DNA of 64,000 nt from an uncultured Candidatus Rokubacteria bacterium (GCA_963762145.1 CAVXJS010000011.1:899621-963620); one strand, 5' to 3'; positions 19,146-29,014 are shown, numbered from the stretch's first letter. Made by a program: numbers and translations. Notes: a model not told the origin generated them from the letters alone.

Positions 19146-19528
19146 TGGCCGGGCCGGGACGCCTCCTGGTCGTGATGGATGACGAGCAAGCTCGCGGGGT
19201 GCTCGTGTCGGTGCTTCGCGCCGACGGCTACACGGTGGACGCGGTCGCCACCCCGGCCGACGGGCTCCGGCTGATCGACCGGAACGCCTACGCGGCGGTG
19301 GTGAGCGCGCTCCGCATGCCCGGGCTCGATGGGCCGGCGCTGTCCGAGGCGCTGCGCGCGCGGTGCCCGCTCGAGATGCCGGCGCTGATCTTCGTGACCC
19401 GGCCGGCCTTCACGCCCGACCTCGCGCGCTTCCTGATGGAGTCGGCGGCGTCGTTGCTGCCGTGGCCCGCTCGCCCCGCGGACGTCAGCCGGATCGTCGC
19501 CCGCTCCCTCGTCCCCACGCCCGCCTGA
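19145..19528 (+). CDS. Single-domain pseudo-receiver (CheY-like) protein
   Basis: LLVVMDDE, xRMPGLDG and IFVT; phospho-Asp position is Ala and the conserved Lys is missing. Confidence 0.75.
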   Translation: MAGPGRLLVVMDDEQARGVLVSVLRADGYTVDAVATPADGLRLIDRNAYAAVVSALRMPGLDGPALSEALRARCPLEMPALIFVTRPAFTPDLARFLMESAASLLPWPARPADVSRIVARSLVPTPA

Positions 19529-19534
19529 GCGGGC

Positions 19535-19741
19535 CTAGCGGGTCGGCTCGTCCGGGACGCGGGCCTTGCCCTGCGCGCCCTGCCCCTCGCGCCGCCGGGT
19601 GAGCTCGAACGCCATGAGCCCGATCGTCACCGCGAGGATGATCCAGCCCGCCATGTCGAGGTTGACGATGAGCCATCCGACGAGGCTGAGCGCGGCGAGG
19701 AGCCACACGATCGCGACGGAGCGGGAGCTGAGCCACTGCAT
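19535..19741 (-). CDS. Small two-TM hypothetical protein
   Basis: Hydrophobic ORF preceded by TTGACT-17-GATAAT. Confidence 0.6.
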   Translation of the reverse strand: MQWLSSRSVAIVWLLAALSLVGWLIVNLDMAGWIILAVTIGLMAFELTRRREGQGAQGKARVPDEPTR

Positions 19742-19798
19742 TGGCGACAATTATCCGGGCGGCGGGCGCGCAAGTCAAATACCCGCGCCGCGGCGCGC

Positions 19799-20637
19799 TC
19801 AGAGCCGACGCAGAAAGCTCTCCGGATCGTCCAGGAACGCGCGCGTGATGCGCACGTGCTCGACGTCGGCGTACGCGACCGGCGCGATCGCCCCGTCCTC
19901 GAGCAGCCGGATGTCGGCCTGCGGCAGCGCCATGAGGATCGGCGAGTGGGTGGCGACCACGAACTGGCACTCCTCGGCCACCCGGTCGCGCAGGATGGCG
20001 AGCAGGGCGAGCACGCGCGTGGGCGACAGCGGGGTCTCGGGCTCGTCGAGGAAATAGAGCCCGCGCGGCACCAGGCGCTGCTGCAGCAGGTGCAGGAAGC
20101 TCTCCCCGTGTGAGCGCGCGTCCGGCTCCGCCCCGTACCGGCGGGTCAGCGCGGCACGCTCCTTGGCCGCCGCCCCCACCGCGAGCCGCTGCCCCCACGA
20201 GCCTTCGGGGCGCGAGGCCCGCAGCTCGTCCTCCATCGCGCGCAGGCCCGCCATCTCGCCCCCCACCCGCAGCGTGAAGCCGAACACATCCTCGGCGCGG
20301 AGGAAGAGCGTCGCGCGCGGATGGCGGGCCCGCGCGAAGCGGAACCCGCGGGCGAACGCGCGCGCTCCCGCCAGTGTGGGGTCGCGCTCGAGGTCACGCC
20401 CCCCACCGCGACCGCTCCCGCGCCCGCGGCGAGGCCTTCCAGGAGGGTGGACTTGCCGCAGCCGTTCTCCCCCACCAGGAAGGTGACGGGCGCCCGGAAA
20501 TCGAGGCGCTCGAGGTCGCGGAAGAGCGGCAGCGTGAAGGGAAACTGCGCGGGCTCCCGCGCGGCCGCGGCGCGGCGGATGCCGGTCAGGAAGAGCCCGG
20601 ACCGCGTCGCGGCCTTGCGGGAGCCCGCCCGCTTCAC
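19799..20637 (-). CDS. Predicted AAA/ABC-type ATPase (one frameshift near 20390)
   Basis: Walker A GENGCGKST, RSHGESF, FLDEPE, VATHSPIL. Confidence 0.85.
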
Positions 20638-20665
20638 GCGGCCCGGCTAGCGCAGCTCCGGCCCA

Positions 20666-21637
20666 CTAGCGCAGCTCGGGAATGACCCAGAGCGGCTTGT
20701 CGCCGCGGGCCACGCGCTGCACGTTGTCGAAGGCGTTGCGGAAGGCCTTGAACCAGTTGTCCCAGGTGGGGCCCGCGGTGTGCGGGGTGAACGTCACGTT
20801 CTCGAGCGCGAACAGCGGATGGTTCGCGATCGGCGGCTCCTCCAGCATGACGTCGAGGCCCGCCGCCGCGATGACCTTGCTGGTCAGCGCGGTGTGGAGC
20901 GCGGTCTCGTCCACCACCGGACCCCGGCACGTATTGATCAGCACCGCGGAGGGCCGCATCGTGCCCATCTCGCGCGCGCCGAACATGTTGCGGGTCATCG
21001 CGTTGAGCGGCACGTGGAGCGAGACGATGTCGGCGGTGCGCAGCAGCTCGGGCATGAGCATGAAGCGAACCCCGAGGGCGTCCTCCGCGTCCTCGGCCAG
21101 GCGCGCGATGTCGTAGTAGACGATCTTCATGTCGAACGCGGCGGCCCGGCGCGCCACCTTCTTGCCGATGGTGCCGAGGCCGATGATGCCGAGGGTCTTG
21201 CCCTCCAGCTCGTAGGTCCGGTTCGAGGCGAAGTCCCCCACCCGCCACTTGCCGGTGATCACGTTGCCGTGGTGCCAGGAGAGCTTGCGGTAGACCGCGA
21301 GCATCAGCATCAGGGTGTGCTCGGCCACCGCCACCGAGTTCGACCCGCCGTTATTGGCCACCGGCACCCCCGCCCGCTTCGCCGCCGCCACGTCGAGCCG
21401 GTCGTAGCCGGCGCTGATGAGCTGGACCAGCTTGAGGCCCGAGGCCGCCTTGAAGAACTCGCTGTTCAGCTCCGGGCGCGGGAATCCCACGTAGTACGCC
21501 GCGTCCGGAAGCGCCGCGGTGAACTCGGGCGTGCCCGCGTCGACCACGACCAGCTCGTAGCCGGCCGGGACGAAGCTCCGCGCGATGTCGAGCATCGCCG
21601 GGGGGAACTTGGGAGACACGATGATCTTGGTGGCCAC
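20666..21637 (-). CDS. D-2-hydroxyacid dehydrogenase family protein
   Basis: AVAEH, GIIGLGTIG, LHVPL, INTCRGPVVD, TPHTAG; SD GAGGAGG before GTG. Confidence 0.9.
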   Translation of the reverse strand: MATKIIVSPKFPPAMLDIARSFVPAGYELVVVDAGTPEFTAALPDAAYYVGFPRPELNSEFFKAASGLKLVQLISAGYDRLDVAAAKRAGVPVANNGGSNSVAVAEHTLMLMLAVYRKLSWHHGNVITGKWRVGDFASNRTYELEGKTLGIIGLGTIGKKVARRAAAFDMKIVYYDIARLAEDAEDALGVRFMLMPELLRTADIVSLHVPLNAMTRNMFGAREMGTMRPSAVLINTCRGPVVDETALHTALTSKVIAAAGLDVMLEEPPIANHPLFALENVTFTPHTAGPTWDNWFKAFRNAFDNVQRVARGDKPLWVIPELR

Positions 21638-21849
21638 GGGAGCCTCCTCTGGCTGGGGGGTGTGGGGCGGCGTCACGCGCGCCAGTATACGGCTTCGGCC
21701 GGCGTCGCGTCGGCGGGGCTGGGGGCAGCATCTCTTGCGCGGGGGCCCGGCCTCCAGGCTGGGTACTCGTCTGCCCAGCCTCGCACCGCGCTTTCTCTGC
21801 AGTCTCAGCCGATACCACGCAACTGGCGATAATTGCGAAGATTTCTGTG

Positions 21850-21865
21850 TGGTCCGCCCCTTGCT
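21850..21865 (+). promoter_or_regulatory. Putative sigma54 (-24/-12) promoter
   Basis: TGGTCC-N5-TTGCT with exact GG-N10-GC spacing upstream of the 21903 gene. Confidence 0.5.
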
Positions 21866-21902
21866 CTCTTCTGGAGGCATCAACGACAGGGGGACGATCC
21901 CG

Positions 21903-22145
21903 ATGAAGCGCTACGTGCTGACCCTGGCCTGGATCCTCTGGGCCCACGAGACCGCGCAGGTGGGCGATCAGATCGTCGACCGCGGCTACACCGCGATCGA
22001 CTCCTTCGAGACGCGTCAGCTCTGCCACGCCGCCATGACGGACTACGCGGGGCTCAAGCTCGTCCGGCAGGGCAAGATCCGCGTGGAGTTCAGCTGCCTG
22101 CCCGAGAAGACGAGCCCGAAGCCGCCGCGCTCCGCCGTCGGCTAG
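21903..22145 (+). CDS. Small putatively exported two-Cys protein (WILW...C...CxP)
   Basis: MKRYVLTLAWILW...SFETRQLC...FSCLPE; shares its motif with 33334-33645. Confidence 0.7.
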   Translation: MKRYVLTLAWILWAHETAQVGDQIVDRGYTAIDSFETRQLCHAAMTDYAGLKLVRQGKIRVEFSCLPEKTSPKPPRSAVG

Positions 22146-22176
22146 CCCGGGGCGGGTCCGGCCCGCGCGCTCGGGC

Positions 22177-23409
22177 TCAGGCCCCGTTGCGGTGCACCGG
22201 CGGGGCCGGCTGGCTGATGCCGACCGGCGCGTTGGCCTCGAAGGGGCTCCAGAGCCCCAGCTCCTTGCCCATCTCGCGCACCGCCGGGAGCACCTCCTGC
22301 CCGAGCAGCCGGATGCAGTTGGTGGCGTCCGCGTTGCTCACGAATCCGTCGCTCGCCCAGAGCCCCAGGATGGACGGGCGCGTCTCCTCGAGGAGGCGGC
22401 GGAACTTGGGGAGCACCGTCTTCGGCGTTCCCGCGATGATCTGCTGATCGCGGATCTGATCCTCGAAGGTGGCGGCCCGCGGGTTCGAGCCGCGGCCCAC
22501 CGCGTACTCCACGAAGGCCTTGCGGTAGGACGGCGAGAAGTAGCCCGACGGGCTCGACCACACCGGGTGGGCCAGGCCGGTGAACTCGCCCTGCATCCAC
22601 ATGAACTGCCGCGCGTTGGCGAGCGCCTTCTCCTCGGTGTCGGCCACGTGCACGCGCTGGAGATACCCGCGGTTCTCCGGCCCGCTGGTGTAGCCGGCCT
22701 CCGCGGCGACCGAGTCGTAGAGCTCCCAGATCTTCTTGGTCGCCTCGATCGCGGTGCTGAGCGCGATGTAGGGATAGCGCTGGCGCGCGGCCCAGATGAT
22801 CGTCTCCTTGCTGAGCACGCCGGGAATCCAGATGCGCGGGTGCGGCTTCTGCAGCGGAACCGCCCAGGGGTTCACCACCCGGTGCTGGTAGTGGGTGCCC
22901 TCGAAGCGGAAGGGGCCCTCCTGGGTCCACGCCCGCACGATCAGCTCGTGGGCCTCCTCGAAGCGCTCGCGGTTGAAGGCGGGGTTCACCCCGGTGGCGA
23001 GCTGCTCCTGGCCGCCGCCCCGCACGAAGCCGGAGACGAGCCGGCCGCGCGAGACCATGTCGATCATGGCGAGCTCTTCCGCGAGGCGCACCGGATTGTC
23101 GGCGAGGGGCAGCGGATTGCCGAGCAGGACGATCTTCACGCGCTTGGTCGTCGCGGCCAGGATCGACGCGAAGACGTTGCACTTGGCCTGCATGCAGAAC
23201 GGCGCGTTGTGGTGCTCGTTGAGCATGATGCCGTCGAAGCCCACTTCCTCGGCGAGCCGGTAGTGCTCGAGGTACTCGTTGTAGAGCCGGCTACCCGCCA
23301 CCGGATCGAAGTGACGGTTCGAGAACATCAGCGCGGTGGCTCCCCGCTTGCGTCCCTCGTCCGCGGGATACGCCGACATCGGCTGTTCCGTGAAGTACAT
23401 GAGGTGCAT
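22177..23409 (-). CDS. LLM-class flavin-dependent oxidoreductase
   Basis: GFDGIMLNEHH, AEELAMIDMVSRGR, PLQKPHPRIWIPG. Confidence 0.9.
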   Translation of the reverse strand: MHLMYFTEQPMSAYPADEGRKRGATALMFSNRHFDPVAGSRLYNEYLEHYRLAEEVGFDGIMLNEHHNAPFCMQAKCNVFASILAATTKRVKIVLLGNPLPLADNPVRLAEELAMIDMVSRGRLVSGFVRGGGQEQLATGVNPAFNRERFEEAHELIVRAWTQEGPFRFEGTHYQHRVVNPWAVPLQKPHPRIWIPGVLSKETIIWAARQRYPYIALSTAIEATKKIWELYDSVAAEAGYTSGPENRGYLQRVHVADTEEKALANARQFMWMQGEFTGLAHPVWSSPSGYFSPSYRKAFVEYAVGRGSNPRAATFEDQIRDQQIIAGTPKTVLPKFRRLLEETRPSILGLWASDGFVSNADATNCIRLLGQEVLPAVREMGKELGLWSPFEANAPVGISQPAPPVHRNGA

Positions 23410-23421
23410 GAGGTCCCCCGA

Positions 23422-24216
23422 TCAGGCCTGGGCGAACGGCACGATGAGTTTCGCGAGCGCTTCGGGCTGCTCCATCTCGAGGAAGTGGCCGGCGCCGTCC
23501 ACGACGCTGAGCCGGTTCTTGGGCAGCGCGCGGGCGTACTGCTCCCCCACCCCGACCGGCACGATCCGGTCCTGCCGCCCCCACACGATCAGGGTCTCGG
23601 TCTGCACGCCCCCCAGCAGGGGCGGCAGCGTCGGGTTGTACATGTAGGGCTTCCATGCGATGCGGAACGTCATCTCCCGGTTGAGGTCCCACTGCTCGAG
23701 CAGCGGGGTCGGCGGGTCGGCGGTGAACAGCCGCTCGAAGGCCTTCTGATCCTCGAAACCCGCCCGCACGTAGTCGATGTAGCTCACGAGGGCCTGGTCG
23801 AGGATCTCGCCCTCCGCGGGCTTGATGCCCATCGCGCCGACGAGCACCAGCTTCCGGAACGCGCGCGGCGACATGGTGGCCATCTCGGCCGCGATCCAGC
23901 CGCCGAAGCCGAGGCCGACGAGGGCCACGTCGGCCAGGCCCCGCTGGGCCAGCAGGGCCTGATAGGTCACCGCGACGTCCCGCACGCTCCGCATGAAGGC
24001 GGGGCGCTCGGAGCCGTCGTAGCCCGGATGCGAGGGCAGCAGCAGCGTGAAGCGGTCGGCGAGCGCGTCGTAGAACGGCAGCTGCTCGGGCGTGCCGATA
24101 TCGTGATGCAGCACGAGCAGCGGCGCGCCACGGCCGGCGGTACGTAGTCTTACGGAGGACCCGGCGACCCGGACCTCCTCGGTGGTCCACGCGAGCGCGG
24201 AGGTCGTCGGGGTCAT
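23422..24216 (-). CDS. Alpha/beta-hydrolase-fold protein lacking the nucleophile Ser
   Basis: Elbow reads GLGFGG rather than GxSxGG; GRQD and GAGH retained. Confidence 0.85.
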   Translation of the reverse strand: MTPTTSALAWTTEEVRVAGSSVRLRTAGRGAPLLVLHHDIGTPEQLPFYDALADRFTLLLPSHPGYDGSERPAFMRSVRDVAVTYQALLAQRGLADVALVGLGFGGWIAAEMATMSPRAFRKLVLVGAMGIKPAEGEILDQALVSYIDYVRAGFEDQKAFERLFTADPPTPLLEQWDLNREMTFRIAWKPYMYNPTLPPLLGGVQTETLIVWGRQDRIVPVGVGEQYARALPKNRLSVVDGAGHFLEMEQPEALAKLIVPFAQA

Positions 24217-24229
24217 GGCAGCGACGCTA

Positions 24230-25414
24230 TCAAATCGGCCTCCGCGCCGCAAGCCGCGCGCCCAGATCGATGAGGAGCGCGAGGGTCAGCGCCGCCGCGC
24301 CCACCGCGAACAGCGTGGTGTAGTGGCCGCCGCGCGCGAAGAGAAACGAGAGACCGTAGGCGCCGGCCGCCTGCCCCAGCGCGAAGGCCATCGTGGTCAC
24401 GCTCCACGCGGCGCGCTGCCCCTCCGCGTCGTCGGGCACCAGCTCGTGCACGCGCCCGAGGACGAGCGGCACGATGCCGGGCACCGCCGCGCCGATCGCG
24501 AGGCTCGACGCCGCGATCCAGAAGGGCGCCGCGGTCACGAGGGGCAGCGCCACCGCCGCAGCCTGGACCGCGAGCGCCAGGCGCAGCGCGAATGCGAAGC
24601 CGACGCGGTCGGCGAGGAAGCCGGCCAGCACGGGGCCGACCACCGCGCCGAGGCCGAAGAGCACCCAGTAGCGCGCGCCCGCGTGGATGCCCCGTCCGAG
24701 GCCGCGCGCGACGAAGTCCACGAGGAAGACCATGTGCGGCACGAGGCCCGTCGCGTTCAACGCGTACTCGGCGTACAGCGCGCGCAGTGGGGCGGCGGCG
24801 GGGGGCCGTCGGGACCGGCCGGTCGGCGTCGTCGCCGGCATCGCGTCCTCCCCGGTCCAGCCCCCCCAGGCCAGCGCGGTCAGCACCAGCGAGAGAAGAC
24901 CGAGGCCACACCAGGTCGCGACGAGGCCCGCCTGCAGCAGCAGCGGGACCACGGTGCCCGAGGCCATGATGCCGAGGCCGACGCCGGTGAAGATGGCGCC
25001 GCCCGCGAGGCCGCGCCGCTCCGGCGGCACGTGCGGCAGCACGGAGGGCGCGGCCAGGACCATCACCACCCCGCCTGCGACGCCGGAGGCGAAGCGCCAG
25101 AGAAAGAACCAGGCGAAGGACAGCGGCAGCGCGCAGGCGAAGAAGGCGACGGTGACCAGCGCCATCATGCCGCGCAGCATTCGCGGGGCGCCGGCCCGGC
25201 GCGCGAGCGATCGCGCGCAGAGTGCGCCGCCCAGGTAGCCGGCCAGGTTCGCGGCGCCGAGGTAGGCGGCCTGGGAGGCGGGGAACCAGGCCTCGGTGAT
25301 CAGGACCGGCAGCAGCGGGGTGTAGGCAAAGCGGGCGAGGCCGATGCCGACCAGGCTCGCGCAGAGCCCGGCCAGCGTCAGACGCCAGGCATGCCGGGTG
25401 CCCGGACCGCTCAC
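24230..25414 (-). CDS. YbfB/YjiJ-family MFS transporter
   Basis: GLARFAYTPLLP, ANLAGYL, about 12 TM segments. Confidence 0.88.
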   Translation of the reverse strand: MSGPGTRHAWRLTLAGLCASLVGIGLARFAYTPLLPVLITEAWFPASQAAYLGAANLAGYLGGALCARSLARRAGAPRMLRGMMALVTVAFFACALPLSFAWFFLWRFASGVAGGVVMVLAAPSVLPHVPPERRGLAGGAIFTGVGLGIMASGTVVPLLLQAGLVATWCGLGLLSLVLTALAWGGWTGEDAMPATTPTGRSRRPPAAAPLRALYAEYALNATGLVPHMVFLVDFVARGLGRGIHAGARYWVLFGLGAVVGPVLAGFLADRVGFAFALRLALAVQAAAVALPLVTAAPFWIAASSLAIGAAVPGIVPLVLGRVHELVPDDAEGQRAAWSVTTMAFALGQAAGAYGLSFLFARGGHYTTLFAVGAAALTLALLIDLGARLAARRPI

Positions 25415-25431
25415 CCCGAACCCGTCCGCGG

Positions 25432-26286
25432 TCAGCGGGGATGGAACGCGGGCGGCGGGACCGCGTCGCGCAGCCAGCGCTCGCCGTCGTAGAGCGTGAA
25501 CGGGGGCCGCTCGTCGCCGATGACGCTCACGTGACTGACGAGGCCCTCCGCGGGGCCGAGCCAGAGGTGCAGCATGCAGGCCGGCGGCTCCATCACCACC
25601 GCCAGACGGGGCTCGGCGGCCAGATCGAGCGCGAGCTGATGCGCGGTCGCGGGACAGGTGGTGGCCACCGTGCCGCCGAACCGTCGCGTCATCGGGCGAT
25701 GCACGTGCCCGCACAGCACGCGCTCGACCTGCGGATGACGGGCGATCACCGCGGCCAGCTCCGCCTTGCCCTCGAGCCCCATCGCGTCCATGGCGCGCAT
25801 GCCGGTCACGAAGGGCGGGTGATGCATGAACACCACCGTCGGTCGCTCCCGCCCCTCGCCCAGCCGGGCGTCGAGCCAGGCGAGGCGCTCGGCGCAGAGG
25901 CGGCCGCCCGCCGCGCCGGGCACGTGGGTGTCGAGACCGATGAGGCGGACGGGCCAGTGCTCGACCGTGTAGTGGAGGAAGCCGCCGTCGCGCGGCAGGT
26001 AGCCCCGGTCGCCGAAGGCGTGGGCCAGAGGGCCGCGCGCGTCGTGGTTGCCCGGGATCACGTAGAGCGGCATCGCGAGGCCGTCCAGGATCGCGCGCAG
26101 CCGCGCGTACTCGGCCGGCTCGCCGCGCTCGACGAGATCGCCGGTGGCGAGGACCACGTCCGGCCGCGGCGCGAGGCCGTTCAGATGGGCCACCGCGCGC
26201 GCCAGGTGCTCCGCGGTGCGGAAGTGCCGATCGTTCACGCTGCCGGGGGTGCTGATGTGCAGATCGGTGATCTGGGCGATGAGCAT
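25432..26286 (-). CDS. Metallophosphoesterase (CpdA/GpdQ-like phosphodiesterase)
   Basis: QITDLH, TGDL, PGNHD, MHHPP, CGHVH. Confidence 0.9.
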   Translation of the reverse strand: MLIAQITDLHISTPGSVNDRHFRTAEHLARAVAHLNGLAPRPDVVLATGDLVERGEPAEYARLRAILDGLAMPLYVIPGNHDARGPLAHAFGDRGYLPRDGGFLHYTVEHWPVRLIGLDTHVPGAAGGRLCAERLAWLDARLGEGRERPTVVFMHHPPFVTGMRAMDAMGLEGKAELAAVIARHPQVERVLCGHVHRPMTRRFGGTVATTCPATAHQLALDLAAEPRLAVVMEPPACMLHLWLGPAEGLVSHVSVIGDERPPFTLYDGERWLRDAVPPPAFHPR

Positions 26287-26416
26287 GCCTCGATCATACT
26301 CCGCGCGGATGTCGCGCGCTCGCGGCCGGTCTAGCCTTGACTCGGTCGAACCTTTCTCCCATAGTTTGACGCGACGGGATCGATTCCATCGACGTGCATT
26401 CACCAGGAGGCGGGCC

Positions 26417-27400
26417 ATGGCGGGGACGAACGCGCTGACGTACAAGGTCGTCGAGGGCTGGGAGCAGCTCCCCAAGGGCTACGAGCACCGCGACGTGGCG
26501 GGCGTGGCGGTGGACGCGGAGGACCGCGTCTTCCTGATCTGTCGCGGCGACCACCCGATCATGGTCTACGATCACGCGGGCAAGTTCCTCTCCTCGTGGG
26601 GCGAGGGCCAGTTCACCTACCGGACCCACGGCATCACCATCGGCCCGGACGGCAGCGTCTACTGCACCGACGACGGCAACCACACGGTGCGGAAGTTCAC
26701 CCCGCAGGGCAAGCTGCTGCTCACGCTCGGCACCATGGACAAGCCGTCCGACACCGGCTACGACGGCAAGGACACCATGACGGTGTCGCGCCCCGGCGTT
26801 GCCTTCAACCGCCCGACGAACCTCGCGGTGGGCCCGAAGGGCGATCTCTACGTCTCCGACGGCTACGGCAACTGCCGCGTGCACCAGTTCTCCCCGAGCG
26901 GGGACCTGAAGCGCTCGTGGGGCGTGCCCGGCAAGGGGCCCGGCCAGTTCATCCTGCCTCACGGGATCGCGGCCGCCGCGGACGGGCGCATCTTCGTCTG
27001 CGACCGGGAGAACGATCGCATCCAGATCTTCAGCCCCGACGGCGAGTACCTCTCGGAGTGGACCGACACCCAGCGGCCGACGCACCTCGTGTTCGATCCG
27101 CAGGGGCGCGCCTACGTCTCGGAGCTGTGGTGGCACAAGGGCCAGACCTCGCAGCGCCACGGCCCCATCACCGAGGCGCGGTACGGGCGGGTGAGCGTGT
27201 TCGACCGCGACGGCCGTCTCCTCACCCGCTGGGGCACGCCCGATCAGGCCGCGCCCGGCAGCTTCGCGGCGCCTCACGGCATCGCGGTGGACTCGAGCCG
27301 GAACATCTTCGTGGCCGAGGTCACCTGGACCTTCGCGGTGAGCCGCAACCTGGTCGAGAGCGGGTGCCACACCTTCCAGAAGTTCTCGCTCGCGGCCTGA
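26417..27400 (+). CDS. NHL-repeat beta-propeller (peptidyl-alpha-hydroxyglycine lyase-like)
   Basis: FNRPTNLAV, YVSDGYGN, PHGIA and DREND repeats. Confidence 0.85.
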   Translation: MAGTNALTYKVVEGWEQLPKGYEHRDVAGVAVDAEDRVFLICRGDHPIMVYDHAGKFLSSWGEGQFTYRTHGITIGPDGSVYCTDDGNHTVRKFTPQGKLLLTLGTMDKPSDTGYDGKDTMTVSRPGVAFNRPTNLAVGPKGDLYVSDGYGNCRVHQFSPSGDLKRSWGVPGKGPGQFILPHGIAAAADGRIFVCDRENDRIQIFSPDGEYLSEWTDTQRPTHLVFDPQGRAYVSELWWHKGQTSQRHGPITEARYGRVSVFDRDGRLLTRWGTPDQAAPGSFAAPHGIAVDSSRNIFVAEVTWTFAVSRNLVESGCHTFQKFSLAA

Positions 27401-27415
27401 GGAGGCCCTCGCCCG

Positions 27416-29014
27416 ATGGATCACCCGAGCTCGAAGAACGGAAGCAGCACCAACGGCAGCCACGCCCCGATGGGCCGGCGGCGCCTGCTCAAGACCGGCG
27501 GGGCGGCGCTGGCTCTGACCGCAGCGGGGGCCGCCGCGGGACTGCCGCGCCGCGCGGCCGCCCAGGGCAAGGCGGGCGGGACGCTCACGTTCGCGAGCAC
27601 CGCGCTGCCGCCGAGCCTGGAGCCGCACATGCAGGGGCTCGATATCTGGCAGCGCCGCAAGCCCCTGCTCTACGAGAACCTGGTCTGGATCGACTACGGG
27701 CTCGAGCCCAAGCCGGAGCTCGCCGAGCGCTGGGAGCAGAAGTCGCCCACCGAGTACGTCTTCCATCTGCGCCGCGGCGTGCGATTCCACAGCGGCAAGG
27801 AGATGGACGCGGAGGACGTCAAGTACTCCTACGAGCGGGTGCGCGACCCCAAGGTGAGCCCGGGGGCCAACGACCTCGCCTACGTGAGCCAGATCGACGC
27901 GGTGGACAAGTACACCGTGCGCTTCGTCCTCTCCGCGCCCGCCGCGACCTTCCTGGCCAACCTGGGCGGCAAGTACAACGGCGTCATCCCGAAGGACGCG
28001 GGCGGCGACGGCAAGGCGCTGCTGACCACCGCGGTCGGCACCGGCCCGTTCGCGCTGGACGGCTTCGACCCGAGCCGGCGGCTCGCGCTCAAGCGGCACG
28101 CCCAGTACTGGGGCGCGCAGAAGCCCCTGCTCGACGCCATCGTGTTCCAGGCGATCCCGGACGAGTCGTCGATCGTGGCCGGCCTGCGCACGGGCCAGAT
28201 CACGCTGGCCGAGTTCTCCTCGGCGCTGTCGTTCCAGGTGGCCAAGACGGTGCCGACGCTGGAGACGACCCAGGCGCCGTCCACCCGGTGGGTGGTGCTC
28301 GATCTGGCCGGCGATCAGGAGCCGACCAGCAAGGTCGAGGTGCGCCAGGCCATCGCGCTGGCCCTCGATCGCGCGGCCATTCTCCAGATCGCGGGCTCCG
28401 GGCTCGGGCAGCGCCTGGGCGTGCTGCCACCCGGCCTCAAGGGCTGGGCGCTGCCGTGGCAGGAGCTGCCGAACCAGCAGCGCGATGTGGCGAAGGCCAA
28501 GCAGCTCCTGCAGAAGGCGGGTTACTCCGGGCGCGTGCCCATGAAGATCCGGAACATCGTGGGCTTCCCCGCCCTGGGCGCGGCCCTGCCCGTCATCGTG
28601 GACAACCTGAAGGAAGCGGGCATCGACGTGACGGTGGAGACGGTGGACGGCGGCGTCTGGATCAAGGACTGGATCGTGCCCCAGTCGCCGCCCACCATGA
28701 ACGACTGGGGCGGGTTCGTGGATCCCGACCAGGCCTTCCACCGCCACTTCCACTCGGCGCCGGGCGGCCGCGACTTCCGCCGCTGGAAGAACAAGGCCGC
28801 CGACGAGCTGATGGACGGAGGCCGCGTCACGCTGGATCGCGCCAAGCGCAAGCAGATCTACGACCAGCTCCAGCGCATGCTCGCCGAGGACCCGATCACG
28901 ATCCCGCTCTACTCGCCGGATCTGCTCTACGCCGGGCAGAAGAGCCTCAAGGGCTTCCAGCCGCACTCGACCGGCTTCTACTACGGCCTGCGGTTCGCCT
29001 CGCTCGAGAGCTAG
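27416..29014 (+). CDS. ABC transporter substrate-binding protein, family 5, Tat-like signal
   Basis: GRRRLLK signal, LRRGVRFHSG, GTGPF, VRQAIALALDR. Confidence 0.9.
   Translation: MDHPSSKNGSSTNGSHAPMGRRRLLKTGGAALALTAAGAAAGLPRRAAAQGKAGGTLTFASTALPPSLEPHMQGLDIWQRRKPLLYENLVWIDYGLEPKPELAERWEQKSPTEYVFHLRRGVRFHSGKEMDAEDVKYSYERVRDPKVSPGANDLAYVSQIDAVDKYTVRFVLSAPAATFLANLGGKYNGVIPKDAGGDGKALLTTAVGTGPFALDGFDPSRRLALKRHAQYWGAQKPLLDAIVFQAIPDESSIVAGLRTGQITLAEFSSALSFQVAKTVPTLETTQAPSTRWVVLDLAGDQEPTSKVEVRQAIALALDRAAILQIAGSGLGQRLGVLPPGLKGWALPWQELPNQQRDVAKAKQLLQKAGYSGRVPMKIRNIVGFPALGAALPVIVDNLKEAGIDVTVETVDGGVWIKDWIVPQSPPTMNDWGGFVDPDQAFHRHFHSAPGGRDFRRWKNKAADELMDGGRVTLDRAKRKQIYDQLQRMLAEDPITIPLYSPDLLYAGQKSLKGFQPHSTGFYYGLRFASLES

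Noticed and set aside
26294-28966. 890-aa minus-strand ORF and 965-aa plus-strand ORF (26596-29493)
   Set aside because: Shadow frames of the NHL and ABC genes; Arg/Gly/Pro-rich with no motifs, as expected at very high GC.
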